Positions 42,378 to 55,056 of a stretch of 64,000 nt of DNA are shown piece after piece (positions within the stretch are counted from its first letter, which is position 1; every line of letters begins with the position of its first letter). The notes under the pieces were generated by a model. It was not told where the DNA came from and ran no database searches. It saw only the letters and a list, made by a program, of their open reading frames with translations. The stretch is from Geosiphon pyriformis uo1 (taxonomy: Eukaryota > Fungi > Glomeromycota): assembly GCA_016748015.1 (NCBI GenBank), contig JAAOMT010000074.1, positions 62,001 to 126,000 on the forward strand, in the 5' to 3' direction. A program made the position numbers and the translations under genes.

Positions 42378-42880
42378 TCAGTTATATGGTGGAATAGAAA
42401 TTGATTGATGAATGGAGATAATTTCTTCTTTATTAACAACTTTTTTTTTTGCCATATTAACTAGTATATTTATTCTACTCATAGATCTGAATCCACTTAT
42501 TCTCCTAGTTGTTATTCCTAATTTTTTTCTATTTTCTACTGAAATTAATTGAACTATTTTAACCAAAAGCAAGAATATTGTCTGTGCTATTTTTTTATTT
42601 GGCTCTATAATATAAATCTTTTCGAAATCATTTTGTAGTATTGCAATAATATTTCTCACATATTTTGCATCAATTATTTCTTCTTTTATATTAATTTCTC
42701 TTTTCACTAGACTATTTCTAGATGCTAGTTAAATTATGGTTGTAGTTGAGATTTCTAGTGCTACTTTGAGATCAATACAGATGCAGAAATGTGGTTCTAA
42801 TTTGATGGCTGTTTTTCTTGAATATTTTAGATCAAACTTTGCATTAGTATTATGCACATGTTCTAACATAACACTTTCAT
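42378..42880 (-). pseudogene. Retrotransposon-encoded dUTPase domain (decayed)
   Basis: Motifs 1-5 in canonical order: NAKFDL, ASRNSL, EEIIDAKYVRNI, KKIAQTIF, RRISGFRSMS. Confidence 0.88.
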
Positions 42881-45800
42881 CATTATTACTAAACCATCTT
42901 AGTTTCTGCTTCTTAGAAAGATCAAAAAGCACAATATATTGTTTGAGATTCAAATTGAAGTTTGAATTGTTATTATTGTCATTGCTATTTTAAATGAAAC
43001 TGAAACTGTTGTTATTGTCCTTATTGTCAAGGTTTGAATCAGAATTGAACAGTAATTTGATTCTAATGTGCAATTACTAATTGGTTTTTTCTCTTCAAAG
43101 ATTGTGTAGATTATGTAGATTGGTGAATTATAAATGAAATCACACTTATTACAATATTGAAAGTTATATGGAATCAAGTAGTGGTTATATAATCAGATGT
43201 TTAGCTGTTTTAAGTACTGTTCTTGTTTTTCCCTAGTTGGTACCAAGTTTTGGTAGTAGTCATGGAATTCTTCTGGACCAGTTTTAAGATCCAAGAAAGT
43301 GTCAGAATTGGGAATACAAACAATGTTAGCTAGTTCTGGAGGATTGTTCTTAATTTCTAATATTTTATTAGATAAGACTTCTTCAATTTTAGCATTTGTC
43401 ATTTGCCAAATTTTATCTTTGTCATGTGAATAACTGTTCAAGCAAGAGATTGCTTAGTGCTATGTGGCCATAATAGGTGTACTTCAACTGATCCAGTTAC
43501 TGATAAGAATTATATACTGGCATGAAGTGTTACATGTTTCTTCTCGACCAGGAATATTGTTTCACATTCCTTCATCAAGTAACTGTTTGCCACAAGTAAA
43601 ACATAGTTTATTGTCCTACTTGTCTTAATATTTAAGGTACTCATATTATTTGCAGTAACAAGATTTACAATAGTAATAGGTTCTTGTCCAGTGGTTTTTA
43701 TCTGGTGCAATCTATGCTCCCATGGATAAAAGTTTTTTCTCATAGTCTTTATATTTAAGTGATATATATGGTGGCTGTCTTAGTGATTCATGCACAAAAT
43801 ATAAGGTTCTCCAGCCATTAGTAACTTCTTTTGTGTTGATTGTGATTGGTACTTTATTGTTTTCTTCCTTTTTTTTACCTTTTTTTTTTCTTTTTAGCCT
43901 AGAATTGGTGATAGTTCATTGTATTTATTATCTGTTCATAAAACTTGGTATGTTTTTCAGATAGGTTTTTCTTCTTTTTCTTTTAGCTTAATTAATAATT
44001 GCTTTTTTGAAGAAGTTTTGAAATGTCCACAAGTTGTTGGTATGTGGATCTGTTGACCATCATATGTCAACTAGGGTTCCTAAGTGTTCTAGTCGAAAAT
44101 AGTGTTGGCTTTGGACAGCCAGTCATTATCAATGAGAGTTTGGTATTAAGTGGATTCCATAACTAATACTTTGATAGATATGGTAATACTGTTAACCTCA
44201 AATAAGAAGTTGTCAGCTTTACCAATTGGAGTCTTTGTCACTTCATTAGCAGTAATAATCCTAGCACTGGCAGCATGATTAACTTGGCAACTTAATTGGT
44301 CCATAAATTGTTGTGTGATTATGCTGCCTGTTAATTCACTGTCTAAGATTAACTTGATGAAGTGGCCATTAACTTTAGCATCTGTGTATATAGCAGTGAT
44401 AAGTTTTTTTTTAAGAGTGGCTCCACTAAATAAAAGTGTTGTTAATAATTCCTCAAGTTTAAATGGAAAGATAGCGGTCAGTGATTTGTTATTGGTAACT
44501 ATTGCTGGTAATATGCTGTTAGTAAGTGGTTGCTGTTGGTTGTGTTCTGAGTTGTTGGTTTGGGTGTTTTTTGGGGTAACCAAAAGGCTTAAATAGTTCT
44601 GAGAATTCAGGTTTTGGGTGTACCCAATTTTCGAATTCCTTGGACATGATCCTAAAAGTTGTTGAGAAGTATTGGGAATTAGTTGATAAACAACTATTGC
44701 CAATCTCCAGTTTTGCTAAATGGTTCTTAGTCTTTAATTCCTGTTGGGCATAGTTATTTATGATGAGATCTGAATGGTTTAAGATTGGTAAATTACTTGT
44801 GACTGTGGTAGTTAATAAATTACAGGTGCTGGAGTTTGGTAGATTAGTGGTTGATAAATTGGCTATATTACTTGTGCATAATGCAGTTGAATTTGGTATT
44901 GTTCAAATGCTTGATGACTGATGTAATTCTGAGTTTGAAATTAATAATCAGAATTTTAATATTAATTTTCTGATCATTGATTACTTATCTTTTTTCGACA
45001 TTCAAATTGCAAATGTTTTTGTTTATCACAATAGTGGCAGATATACATCTCTTGTTATCATGATTGGTCAATTAATAATGATGGACATGCTTAATTTTGG
45101 GAACAATTTGTGTTTTCCTGATTATTTTGCCATTGTGGAGATTGATAAATTGTCTAATTATTAGCTAAGTATCTTTCAAGTTTTTGGTTGATTGAATTAC
45201 TAAACTGCTTTAATTTGGAATTCAAGTTAGATAATCCATTCATTACTAGATTTATTGCTTGGACATAATTGGCTTTTAACTTAGCTGATTTTAAATCTTT
45301 GGCATAGTTAATGGCATCTTAAAGTGTAGCTGGGTGTAGTGGACATATGTGTTGTAATAAGCTGCTGTATAGTCTATAAATGAACTGATACAAAACTTAG
45401 AATACAGTAAAGTAGTTTGTGTTGATGACTTGAATTTGATGCAAATTTCTGTGAAAGCATCCCAAGTAAGTAGTGACAGCTTCAATATCTTCTTGTTTAA
45501 TAGTAGTAAAATTAGTTGCTAAGTGATTGATGCTATTATAATTACTAAAATATTGCAGAAATACAACTTTGAACGTGTTAAAATCTTGTAGTTTGTTTAC
45601 AAGATTTTGGTATCAAGAATCAGTAATGTCTTGTAAGAAGTACAAAATGGCTTGTATTGCTTTGGTGTTATCCCAGTTGTTGGTGATTATTGCTTTGGCT
45701 ATGTCATTAAGCCAGACTTGGGTGTTATTTTTTTTGTCAGTGAATTTTTCTAATTTAACAATAGATGTGTATGCTATTGGTACAACTAATAGTTGTTGTG

Positions 45801-46713
45801 ATGATTGTTGTTGAAGTGGTTTTTGCTGTTGTTATGGCAGCTGTTGTTGTGGTGGTGCAGCAACTAGTAGTATATTTATCATGATTTCTGAAAATAAGTT
45901 TTGTTAATTAATAATGTTGGGATTTGAATTGTTTTGATTTTGTTAAGTTTGATTGATTGGAGTTTCAATTTCCGGATTTTTTAAGATTGGGTTTTGGTAG
46001 TTAAATTTTTGATTCTTGTCTTTCTCTTCTTCTGATTCAGTTACTTTTTAAGAACTCATGATTCCAAAATTTGGTTGAGATGATGGTAATCAAAATTCTG
46101 ATGGCATTGGTAATCATGATTTAAATTTTTCAAAATATTTGCCATAGGTTCCTAATAAGTTGGCTTTTGATTGTTTACTTTGGAATAATATCTGTACCAA
46201 TAGTGTTTTTACATTTGATGTAAAATGTTAATAGTACTTTCAAATATGTAGTAGTATAATAGATGAGTTGATGATTCAACTTTTGTTTTCTTTTAAGTAA
46301 GTGGTTGTATTTTCTGGAGTGTTACTATTGATGTTTGTAGTTTTTTTTTATCTTTAGTTGTGTAAGTAATAAAATATTTTTGTTGAATGTAATGTTTAAT
46401 TTCTCTATTAATTTTAGTAAGAATTGCTATAAAATTATGATTTGCTGGTAGGCTGGTGTTTTGAATTAGTTTGTTGTAAAAATTTTCTCTTGCTGAGTTA
46501 GTTTCTACTAGTATTCTTAGCAAATATAAAATTCTCTCATTGACATAAAAGTTGAAAACAGATTCTGCTGATAAGTAATTGTTGGTTAATTTCAAGTATT
46601 GACAATAATGCTAAAATAAAAATTTGGTAAATTCTAAATGGTTTGTCTCTATTTTTTCTAATTCTGTCACTTTTAGATGGTTGTTATTGGTACTGGTTTT
46701 CTGTAGGACTATA

Positions 46714-46730
46714 CCTCACAGAGAGCACCA
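46714..46730 (-). other. Primer binding site of element B
   Basis: Minus strand TGGTGCTCTCTGTGAGG, one transition from the element A PBS, 2 nt from the LTR. Confidence 0.85.
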
Positions 46731-46732
46731 AA

Positions 46733-47694
46733 TATTACAGGTAATTACTTGAGATCTTGAATCAAATAACAAACTCATAACTTGGTGCTCAATAGCTGTT
46801 ATGATAGTAGTATCTGAAGGTTTTCATGATCTGAAAATTTTGGGTTGGAGTTTTTTGTATAATAGACAGAGATTCAATAGTTGTTTTATCAGTAGCCTCT
46901 CAGAATTGCAATTCCATCAAATTTCTTTTTTTAGTGTGGTGGCCAGTTTATTCTGGCAGTCATGCTTTTCTAATATGCTATTCTTAATTTCCAAATTTCT
47001 TACTCTTATTTCTGGATCTTTTACCAGACTATCCTTAATATTAATAACTCAGTGCTTAATTTTTAATCAATTAGTAAACAATAAAAAAACAAATTACAAA
47101 AGAAAATTAAAGAAATAAAATGTAGATCAATGCAATAAAGTTAGTATTTTGTTAATAGCCATGATTAAGAACTATTGTTTCAGTGTAATTAAATATTGAA
47201 TATTATTAACATAAAATGTCAATAATGAAGAGTTAAGTCAAATTTTTAATTAGATAATTGTAATATATATAAAGTAATAATAAATATGGTTTTATTTAAT
47301 CTTTGATAATTTTCATTTTGGTTAATAGTAATTATCCTTAAAATAATAAAGGAGAGGTAAAAATAAAGATTTCTATTCTGAATGAGAAATTGGTTTTTTT
47401 TCTTGCTTTTAATGCTATTACTATATATATATAATTCTCTTTATACAAGAAATTTTTTTTCTTTGCTAGATTTTCTACAAAATTCTTGATTTTTTAAAAC
47501 ATCCAGGATTTCTTAAAAAATCCTTAATTTTTCTAAAATATTTTGGATTTTCTGAATAATCTTAGATTTTTTGAAACATTTAGGATTTTCTAAAAAATTT
47601 TTTTTTCTCTTTTTTTATTCTAATTGGCTAATTTATAATCATGTGTTTTTTTTTTTTCGATTATGTATTATTTTTCTCTTTTCTAAGTGTAACA
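46733..47694 (-). repeat. 5' LTR of element B
   Basis: TATTACA (mutated TG)...TGTAACA, adjacent to the PBS. Confidence 0.93.
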
Positions 47695-49814
47695 ATATAT
47701 AATAAAAAATAATACTATTTTTGACTAGAAAACTTTTAAACATTAAAAAAGATTGAATTTTTAAAGTTTTGTCTTAGTTTGATTTAAATCTGCTATCAAG
47801 TTTCTAAATAAAACAGCTTTTTGTTCTTTTAATTATTTTTTGGTTGTTAATTTTTAATATTTAAATGTTTTTAGTTCACATAATTTTAATTTGGTTTGTG
47901 CACAGCTATTAAATACTAATATGATCTGTTTTTTTGTTTATATTGATAATTTTTTTAGTAATCTGAATATTTTTATAATAAGAGCTGATACAACAGCTTA
48001 TTTTGAAAATATTAGTTTAAATTTGACTGTTAAAATGTTTGAATTAGTTTTTTTTTACTATGGCTAAGTTGCAAACTATAGTGCTTGCTCTAAAATGTGT
48101 TTTTTATGTATGATTGATATATTTTCTAATAGCTAAGCAGTTTTGAATATATGTTGTTTAATATTGGCTCTGATTTTACTAAACTTTTGTAATTGTTGTT
48201 AAGTTAAATATTAACATATTATGAATATTATTAAGAATAGGAACTTAAATGTCAATTGGCACAAAATTAAAGACAATTCAAATATATTAGGCAATGAATT
48301 AATTAATGCTTTAACTAATATAATTTTATTTTTAAATGTAGTGTTTTTAATTCATGTATAAAAATGTTTTGTTAAAGCTAATAATATGGTTGTTTCAAAG
48401 AATATAAAGCATTTTATTTATAGAGTTTTTTAAATAATTTATTATGTTTATTAAAAAATTAGATATTTTAAATATTTATTTAATTAAAAATATAAATTGA
48501 GTCAGATTTTTGCTAGTATGGCATTTTAATTTTCATATGTTAGTAAAGTTTACAAGCAAAACCATAGCTGGTGCATATTTTTATTTTATAAAAACTCTAT
48601 ATTAAAAATTATCTGTAACTATTTGTAAACATTTATATAACAAGTATTATTATAGTGTTTTATGTTTATTTTATAAAGATGTTAAGTTTTTAAATCATGT
48701 TTTTTTTTGCAAGTTGAATGATAAGTCTTATAAAAAACTGTTAAATATTTATATAACTATGTAAAAAACAGTTTTTGGTTTGCTTAAATCTTTTTTATGT
48801 ATTTTTTATTGGCTTGTTTTGTATTATTTTGATGTTTTAGTATATTTGGCTTTGTATAAGAAGTTTGTTTACAAAAATTGGTTTCAAGAGTCTTTTTCAA
48901 TTTTTAAAAATACTAAAATTGCCAGTAAAAAAATTGTGGATTTTGTGTATAGTTTGGATTTGGCTTATAGAAATAATATTTGGCTTGTTTATTTCAAGTA
49001 TTAGGCTTTTATAAAAAAAAAATTTTATTCTACATAATAATACTGTTTCTATTGTTGTTGTTAATCTGTTGTTTGTGTTGTTTAATAATAAGATACTTGG
49101 AATTATAAAGATCTTTGGGATTAGTTTTGGAAACATGGTTTTTGTATGTATAGATACATAATATTGTCTTAATTGGCCTAAGTGGCTGGTTACATGTAGC
49201 TAAATACATGATTTACACTTAATTTAGATTACTTAGTTTGATGTATTGTACTAGACAATGTTTAAACCTCACCCATTAAACGTAATAATAAAAAAACCAA
49301 AAAGAATAAAAATTTATTTGTTAATTGTAAATAATTTTATAAATAAACATTAATCAATTAATAATATATTTTGTTTTATAATATCATGAAAAAGCTTAAA
49401 TTTATAAATGTATTTGTAAAAAACTAAAATTAAAATAATTATTATATAATATGTAATTACATCACAAATTATATTAAATTAATTATTAACTTATATATAT
49501 ATATATATTTGCATATTAATTAATCAAAAATAAATAAGGATATGTACAAAACAAATTATACAATTAATGTTATTAAAACTTTTTTTACAAATTAAATATT
49601 GTTTTTTGATTAATCAATCAACAATGTAAAATTATATCATTTTTTAAGAAATATGCCCTGTTATTTTGCCATCAATTTTAAGCAACATATTTGTTCCTTC
49701 CACCCAACAATGCTGATAACACAAGATTCCGCAAACCGATCTATGTGTATCCACCATCTCGACGACCGCTAACTTCCTCCCCAATGATCAAAACCTCTAT
49801 ACCATGAGTTTCTT

Positions 49815-50606
49815 GATCGGATTTTTTAGGCGTGACTTGCGTATCCGGAAAGTTGTAATCATCGTTTATTTGCCTTTTTTCCCTTGAAGCGATCATTTAG
49901 ATTTTTATTGCTGGTGAGTTTTACACCGCTTAAATGTTCAAAAGATCGCACAATCCGAAGCTGGAGAAACAGTAAACCGTAAGTATGGAACATATTAGTT
50001 GGTAATATGTTATAATCCACGGATGTAATACCTTTGTAATGAGCACCTGGTAAACCATGAAAATCAGGTCGTCAACTTCGGCAAAGTCTGGTAGGGTTAG
50101 GGTGGAGGAGTATCTTCGAATCCGGCACAGGAATATCCAACAAGGAATTGAAGATATTGGGCTTGTAATAAAAGGTACCCTACCAGAATAAGATCTTCAG
50201 CTGGCAAGATTTGGTGAAGTTGATTTATTTTCTTATTTTTTGTGGTATTACTTTTGGCATCTTAAGCCCTTCATGTGCCAAATATTCGTGCCGTCTTCTC
50301 CGGCTCAGTCATGACCTTCGACAGCCGCGCTTAAAGTGTCGAAGACGGCGTGAGCTCGCACCCTTCTCGTCAGGAACGTGATTGTGATTTATGCCACCCT
50401 CCCCCTAAGGGAACGTGTGATGGATGAACCTTTCCATGTTCTTGATGCTATAATAACGCCTGTGAACATGAGGTCACCTTACAACTGTTCAGGTTTTTCT
50501 GTTACGCACAGATGGAAGAATCGTGCAAACATAAGACTCACTAGGAAATGGAGTGTGTGAAGACGACAGGCTACTGCCTTTTTTTTTTTTGCCTCGTCTA
50601 GGCAAA
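49815..50606 (+). ncRNA. Candidate large structured non-coding RNA, family unidentified
   Basis: Dense series of 6-13 bp helices whose non-Watson-Crick positions are G-U on the + strand. No meaningful ORF, T12 tract near the end. Identified by eye only. Confidence 0.45.
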
Positions 50607-52478
50607 GAGTGATGACAAACGGAAACGCGATTTTTTGAAGATTTTTCGCTGTGTGACGTTACGTGTTCACTCGAAGCAAGATTTTAAACCAAAATGACTA
50701 TTTATCTTTTCGAAAGTTGATTAAACAAATATAGAATGGGTCAATAATGTGGATCGCTAATATGCAGAGTGTCACTGATCGCGAAATTAATCAACCCCCA
50801 AATTGAAAGTGGTGATTTTTCTTTTGAGGCTTGGGATATTGCTTTTGTAATCCCTCACAACAGTGGGCTGTCCAAAACGAAGAATTAGTCATTCCCAAAA
50901 ACTCCAGTTAAATATTGAGTAAATCGTAGAAATTGAAATGATCACAATTGAGGCAGAGCAACTTTTACAAGTTGGGATCCCGAACTTCCAAATTGATTAC
51001 TTCATTTAGCTGTCAATCGACAGAGATACAATCGATTTAATTTGCCAATGGTAGGTCTCTACCGATTGGAAACTAGGTTAGAAGGCTTGCAAATTTTTGC
51101 AGACAAAGGATTTGGGTCATTCATCGAAAGATAGTCATCAAGACGGAGGCTCGTAAAAGAAAATTGATAGTCATCTTCGTGGGGCTAGCTATCAGATCAA
51201 AATGGGGCACATCTTGCGCCACGGTTTTCAAATTTGTACTTGTGAGATGCCAATTACGAAGTAACACGTATAGCTTATCAAGTTGTGTTATGATTAAGTG
51301 AAAAATGGCATCGATTATTCGAAGATTCTATTGTTATGATCAATGAAATCAATATTCGGGTCAGACCATTTTTACTCGATTGTTCTTTGAATGCAGTCTA
51401 GTCTCTTTTAATTCCACCATATTAGTTTCGCTGACCTTATTTCTGTAGATTTCGATTCATGACTTGCGATCTTTTCAATGCAGAATCGTTGGGTTGCGCT
51501 TTTCTCGCCTACTAAGAACAAAATAGTTGAAGTTGTTGAGCTGGCCGAGATGCTAAGGAAATTTCAGGGAGATTTGGTGAATAAAGGTCATTATTCAAAG
51601 AGAGAGCGAACAAAACATTCTGTAAAAGCATAGTTATTATGTTACAGCAGCAGCAGGATCAGATCCAGCTAACAATCATCATTAGCTAAACCAATCTTGT
51701 TGGTTTTTGGACATTCCGACTTTCAAGCTAACGGCATGTTTCGCACTTCAAACCCTCTCTATCGAAATCTAAATGTCAAATGTGGGATATAATTAGGAAG
51801 TGCAGAAAAATCGAAGCTTTTTTTTAGTATTTGAATCGCGATTTCTCTTGAAGATAAAATGAGGAAAATCAACGCTTTACCCCTTTTTTATCGGAAGACG
51901 TCGCGCTCTGAAATGAAACTAAAATTTATACTCATTGAAGCTCATCTGTTGAAATCTTGAGAGAATATTTCGTCACTTTTAACTAGGAAAAAATGTCAAA
52001 TTAATGCCATTCCATCAAAACTATCCAAATTAGGGGGTAATTAAGGCCTGGAAAAGTGGTCATAAAGGTTCTTTTGTGGTTCCTAATGTAAAGTAATTGT
52101 TATTCTACCTATTTTCCTCCTTGATCCATTGATAATTGAGATATACTAAGACTATATGAAAATCAACGAATTGCGCCAGGTATTACTGGCTTAGAGAACT
52201 AAACCTGAGGAAGATCAACTAAGCTAACCATAAAAATGGTAGCCTTGGGCATACTAGATGAGGAAATCCTTTTGTTTCATCTCAATAATGTGAAGGGAGA
52301 AATGAAAGGGCGCATTGAGTTTTAGAAATATTATCTTTCAGTGTATAAAATAATAAAAGGAGATTCGGAAAAAATGTTCGCAATAATATCCCGGCTTTTC
52401 CAAAGAAATCTATATATACAAGGAAGGGGTAATCAAGTTTGCAGGTTTCCTGTCAACTTTTACCTGGCGTGGTTTGTT

Positions 52479-55056
52479 TCACCGAAATTGTCTGCCATCG
52501 TTATCAAATACCATATAAAAAAATGGGTGACGTAAAGCTTGGCGTGTTGTAAGCCTTGCGGTGGGCTCATAATCCAAGAGTCGCAAGACCAAATCATAAA
52601 ACTGCTTATTGAAGGCGCAAAGATGCGGTTTTATAATATCCTAAAAAAATGTGGGAATGAGATTCTGAGTAAGTATCGATTAAGTTCATGGGATAAAAGT
52701 AAAATTTACTAGGTACCTTCAAACTATGTAATTCTCTTACATATTTCTTACTTTGACGATTCGTATCTGGATTTGGATAGTTTAATTTGCCGTTTTTGAA
52801 ATATTTTGCTTGCGGATGTCGGCTGTTTAAAAAACCAAGAACAAAAGGGATGTTACGAAAACGTAGTATTGACAACAGAAATTCTGAACCTTGGAATCAT
52901 AACCTACCCTGCACGAAGGATTAATCTTTCTGGAATTTTGCCAAGTACTTGTTCCATCATCGCCAGATGTTCCAAGTTTTCATGAGTTTGAAAAAGGGCT
53001 TCTCCGGTAAATAGTTCCACCAGAATACACCCAATAGACCAAAGGTCACAAGGGTAGGACCATCCAAGCCCTTAGATAATAAATGATGATCGTTTCATAT
53101 TGAAAAGAAATTCGAACCAAGAAAATGGGACAAATCAACACATACCTAATATGACCTCAGGAGCACGGTAATGTCGTGTTGAAACGACGGAAGAATGATA
53201 CTCATCATCAAATGTGGCACTACCAAAGTCGATAAGACGTATGTCGGAGTTATACAATTCACGAATATCTTTTCTTCCCTATGGTGAAGATTTATTGAAA
53301 TTGAACATCACACTTGAAAAAAATACTACTTTCTACCTAAAACTTACCTTTGACGGTATACTTCTGTAATGATCGGTGTCTAACAGAATATTTTCAGGTT
53401 TTAAATCAGTATGAACCAAGCCCAGGTTATGTAAAACTAGAGATCGTTAAATGAAGTTTTTGATGTTAAAGAATGTTTTATTCGTGTCAGGAAGCAAATG
53501 ATATTCGTGGTAATCTGAAAAGCATACAGTCCACTGAGGATAGGAGTTGTTTCGCGATGTGCTGGATTTGATTTAAGGGAAATGGGTTGAAATCATTTGC
53601 TTTGAGGAAGTCAAACAGAGAGGATCCAAGCAAATCAAAGACCATGCATATATGATTGCGAAAATCGAAACAATCACGAAGATGAATACATCGGCTTAAG
53701 GTTTCAAAAATTAATCCGTTATTTGTTCAAATGCTTTTAGATTTCAAAAAATAATTTGAAATCCTTACTTAAGATTTTCAGGATCTTTTTGCTTTATGCA
53801 TTCTAAAACTCGGATTTCAATCTTGCTGGCATCACGATATTTTTGTACGGCACGAATAATTTTGATTGCTACGTGCCGATTGTTGGCACGATCCCAGCAT
53901 TGGACTACTTTTCCAAAAGTGCCTTGTCCAAGAAGACGAATGATCTTATCTTGATAAACAGAAATTATGATATAAATTAAATATCACTCGATGAGATTAG
54001 GGAAAATGCAGAAGGAAACCATTCTTACATCTTGAGGTCAAATCATCACCAGGATGCACGATGTAATGACCATCTTTATCGTCATATACAGGCATAGGTG
54101 GTAGGCGGGATGAAGCCCCGGAAGAATATGACTGAAATGAATAGTAATAACCCTAGGTTTAATTTAGAAAATTAAAAATCGTGCTTATATGGGCACTAAA
54201 ATTCTATATATATATCTTCAAGATCTTTCTATAGTTTCAAGTATAGGAAGGAATCAAAATTTCTAATTGATTCTGGTTCAATATAGCCAAGTTTCGGGAA
54301 ATCATACTTTTGATAGGTGAAAAATTGAATTTTTCCATAATGGATGAATACACGTCTTTAACTCGGTCGAATAGTTTCATATATATCATCTGCAGTTGCT
54401 TTCCGAAATAAATTTTCTAGAAAAATGGGAATAATTCCATTCTGGTGTTGTATCTTCGGGATCAATTGATTGGAAAATGATATGCATTTACAAACGACCA
54501 TCCATCAATAGGAAATCGCTAACCGGGTAAACACATCATCGAATTGTGGGCTCCAGGTTCAAGTAAATTCAACCCCAATGTATCGGTAATTACGAGGCAT
54601 AAAGAGGCTTACCTCTCTACTCGGTATCTGTTCGCGATATAGGTGGGATGTTGAAGCATGTGAACTTGTAGATATATAAGATCGATAAGAATTGTCGTTA
54701 TAACTAGGATTATAAGGTGCGTAGTTTTGTGATAAAGGAACTTCCCCCTTTCTTCGTCGCTTAGTCATAGGTACCGTTGAAATTTGCTGCGTCGGTAGTT
54801 GAGGGTGTGGATAATAAGTATAGGCTGAGGGTAGCGGAGGCGTTCGCCTTGTACGTTTCATTCCTCTGTCCACTAGAGGTGCTAGCGGACGTATTTGCTG
54901 ATTAACAGGGGGGGTTGGTGAATCCTCAATTACAATAATCTCTTGAGGATATCCGTTTCGGTAGAATTCTTCACGCCAGTTTGGGTTTGGTGGCCGTTTG
55001 CGTCGTGGTGCCCGAGTAGGTCTGTTTGTAGTTGCACTCATAGTTAGAGATGACAT
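52479..55056 (-). CDS. LAMMER/CLK dual-specificity protein kinase (Lkh1/Kns1 family), multi-exon
   Basis: [51 protein letters not shown]. Confidence 0.96.

Larger units (their letters stand above)
38474..47694 (-). mobile_element. Ty3/gypsy element B with dUTPase (gag-PR-Cys-rich-dUTPase-RT-partial RH/IN), decayed
   Basis: LTRs 38474-39435 and 46733-47694, PBS 46714-46730, purine tract 39436-39452, TSD ATAT. Knuckle CHYCDKQKHLQFEC (~45040-45000), protease LILDSELTGSII, RT VVYLDD (~41450-41465). Confidence 0.94.
34590..49295 (+). mobile_element. LINE copy 4, 5'-truncated and heavily mutated, interrupted by three LTR insertions
   Basis: ORF2 relics at 34592-35182, 36043-37391, 38364-38473 and 47695-49160 read continuously once the insertions are removed (e.g. 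..KKV*VLIIFKLYK..LIILIETA). Conserved 3' UTR at ~49160-49295. Confidence 0.88.

Noticed and set aside
49815-50606. Group I intron, snR30, TPP riboswitch, SRP RNA or pistol ribozyme identity
   Set aside because: Only isolated partial motifs (AATCCGAAGC, AAACCAT, CTTAAGCCCT) are present, and their required partner elements are missing or out of order.
50609-50630. Minimal hammerhead ribozyme (GTGATGA-CAAACG-GAAACGCG)
   Set aside because: Core C3 is G and the required UH cleavage site is absent.
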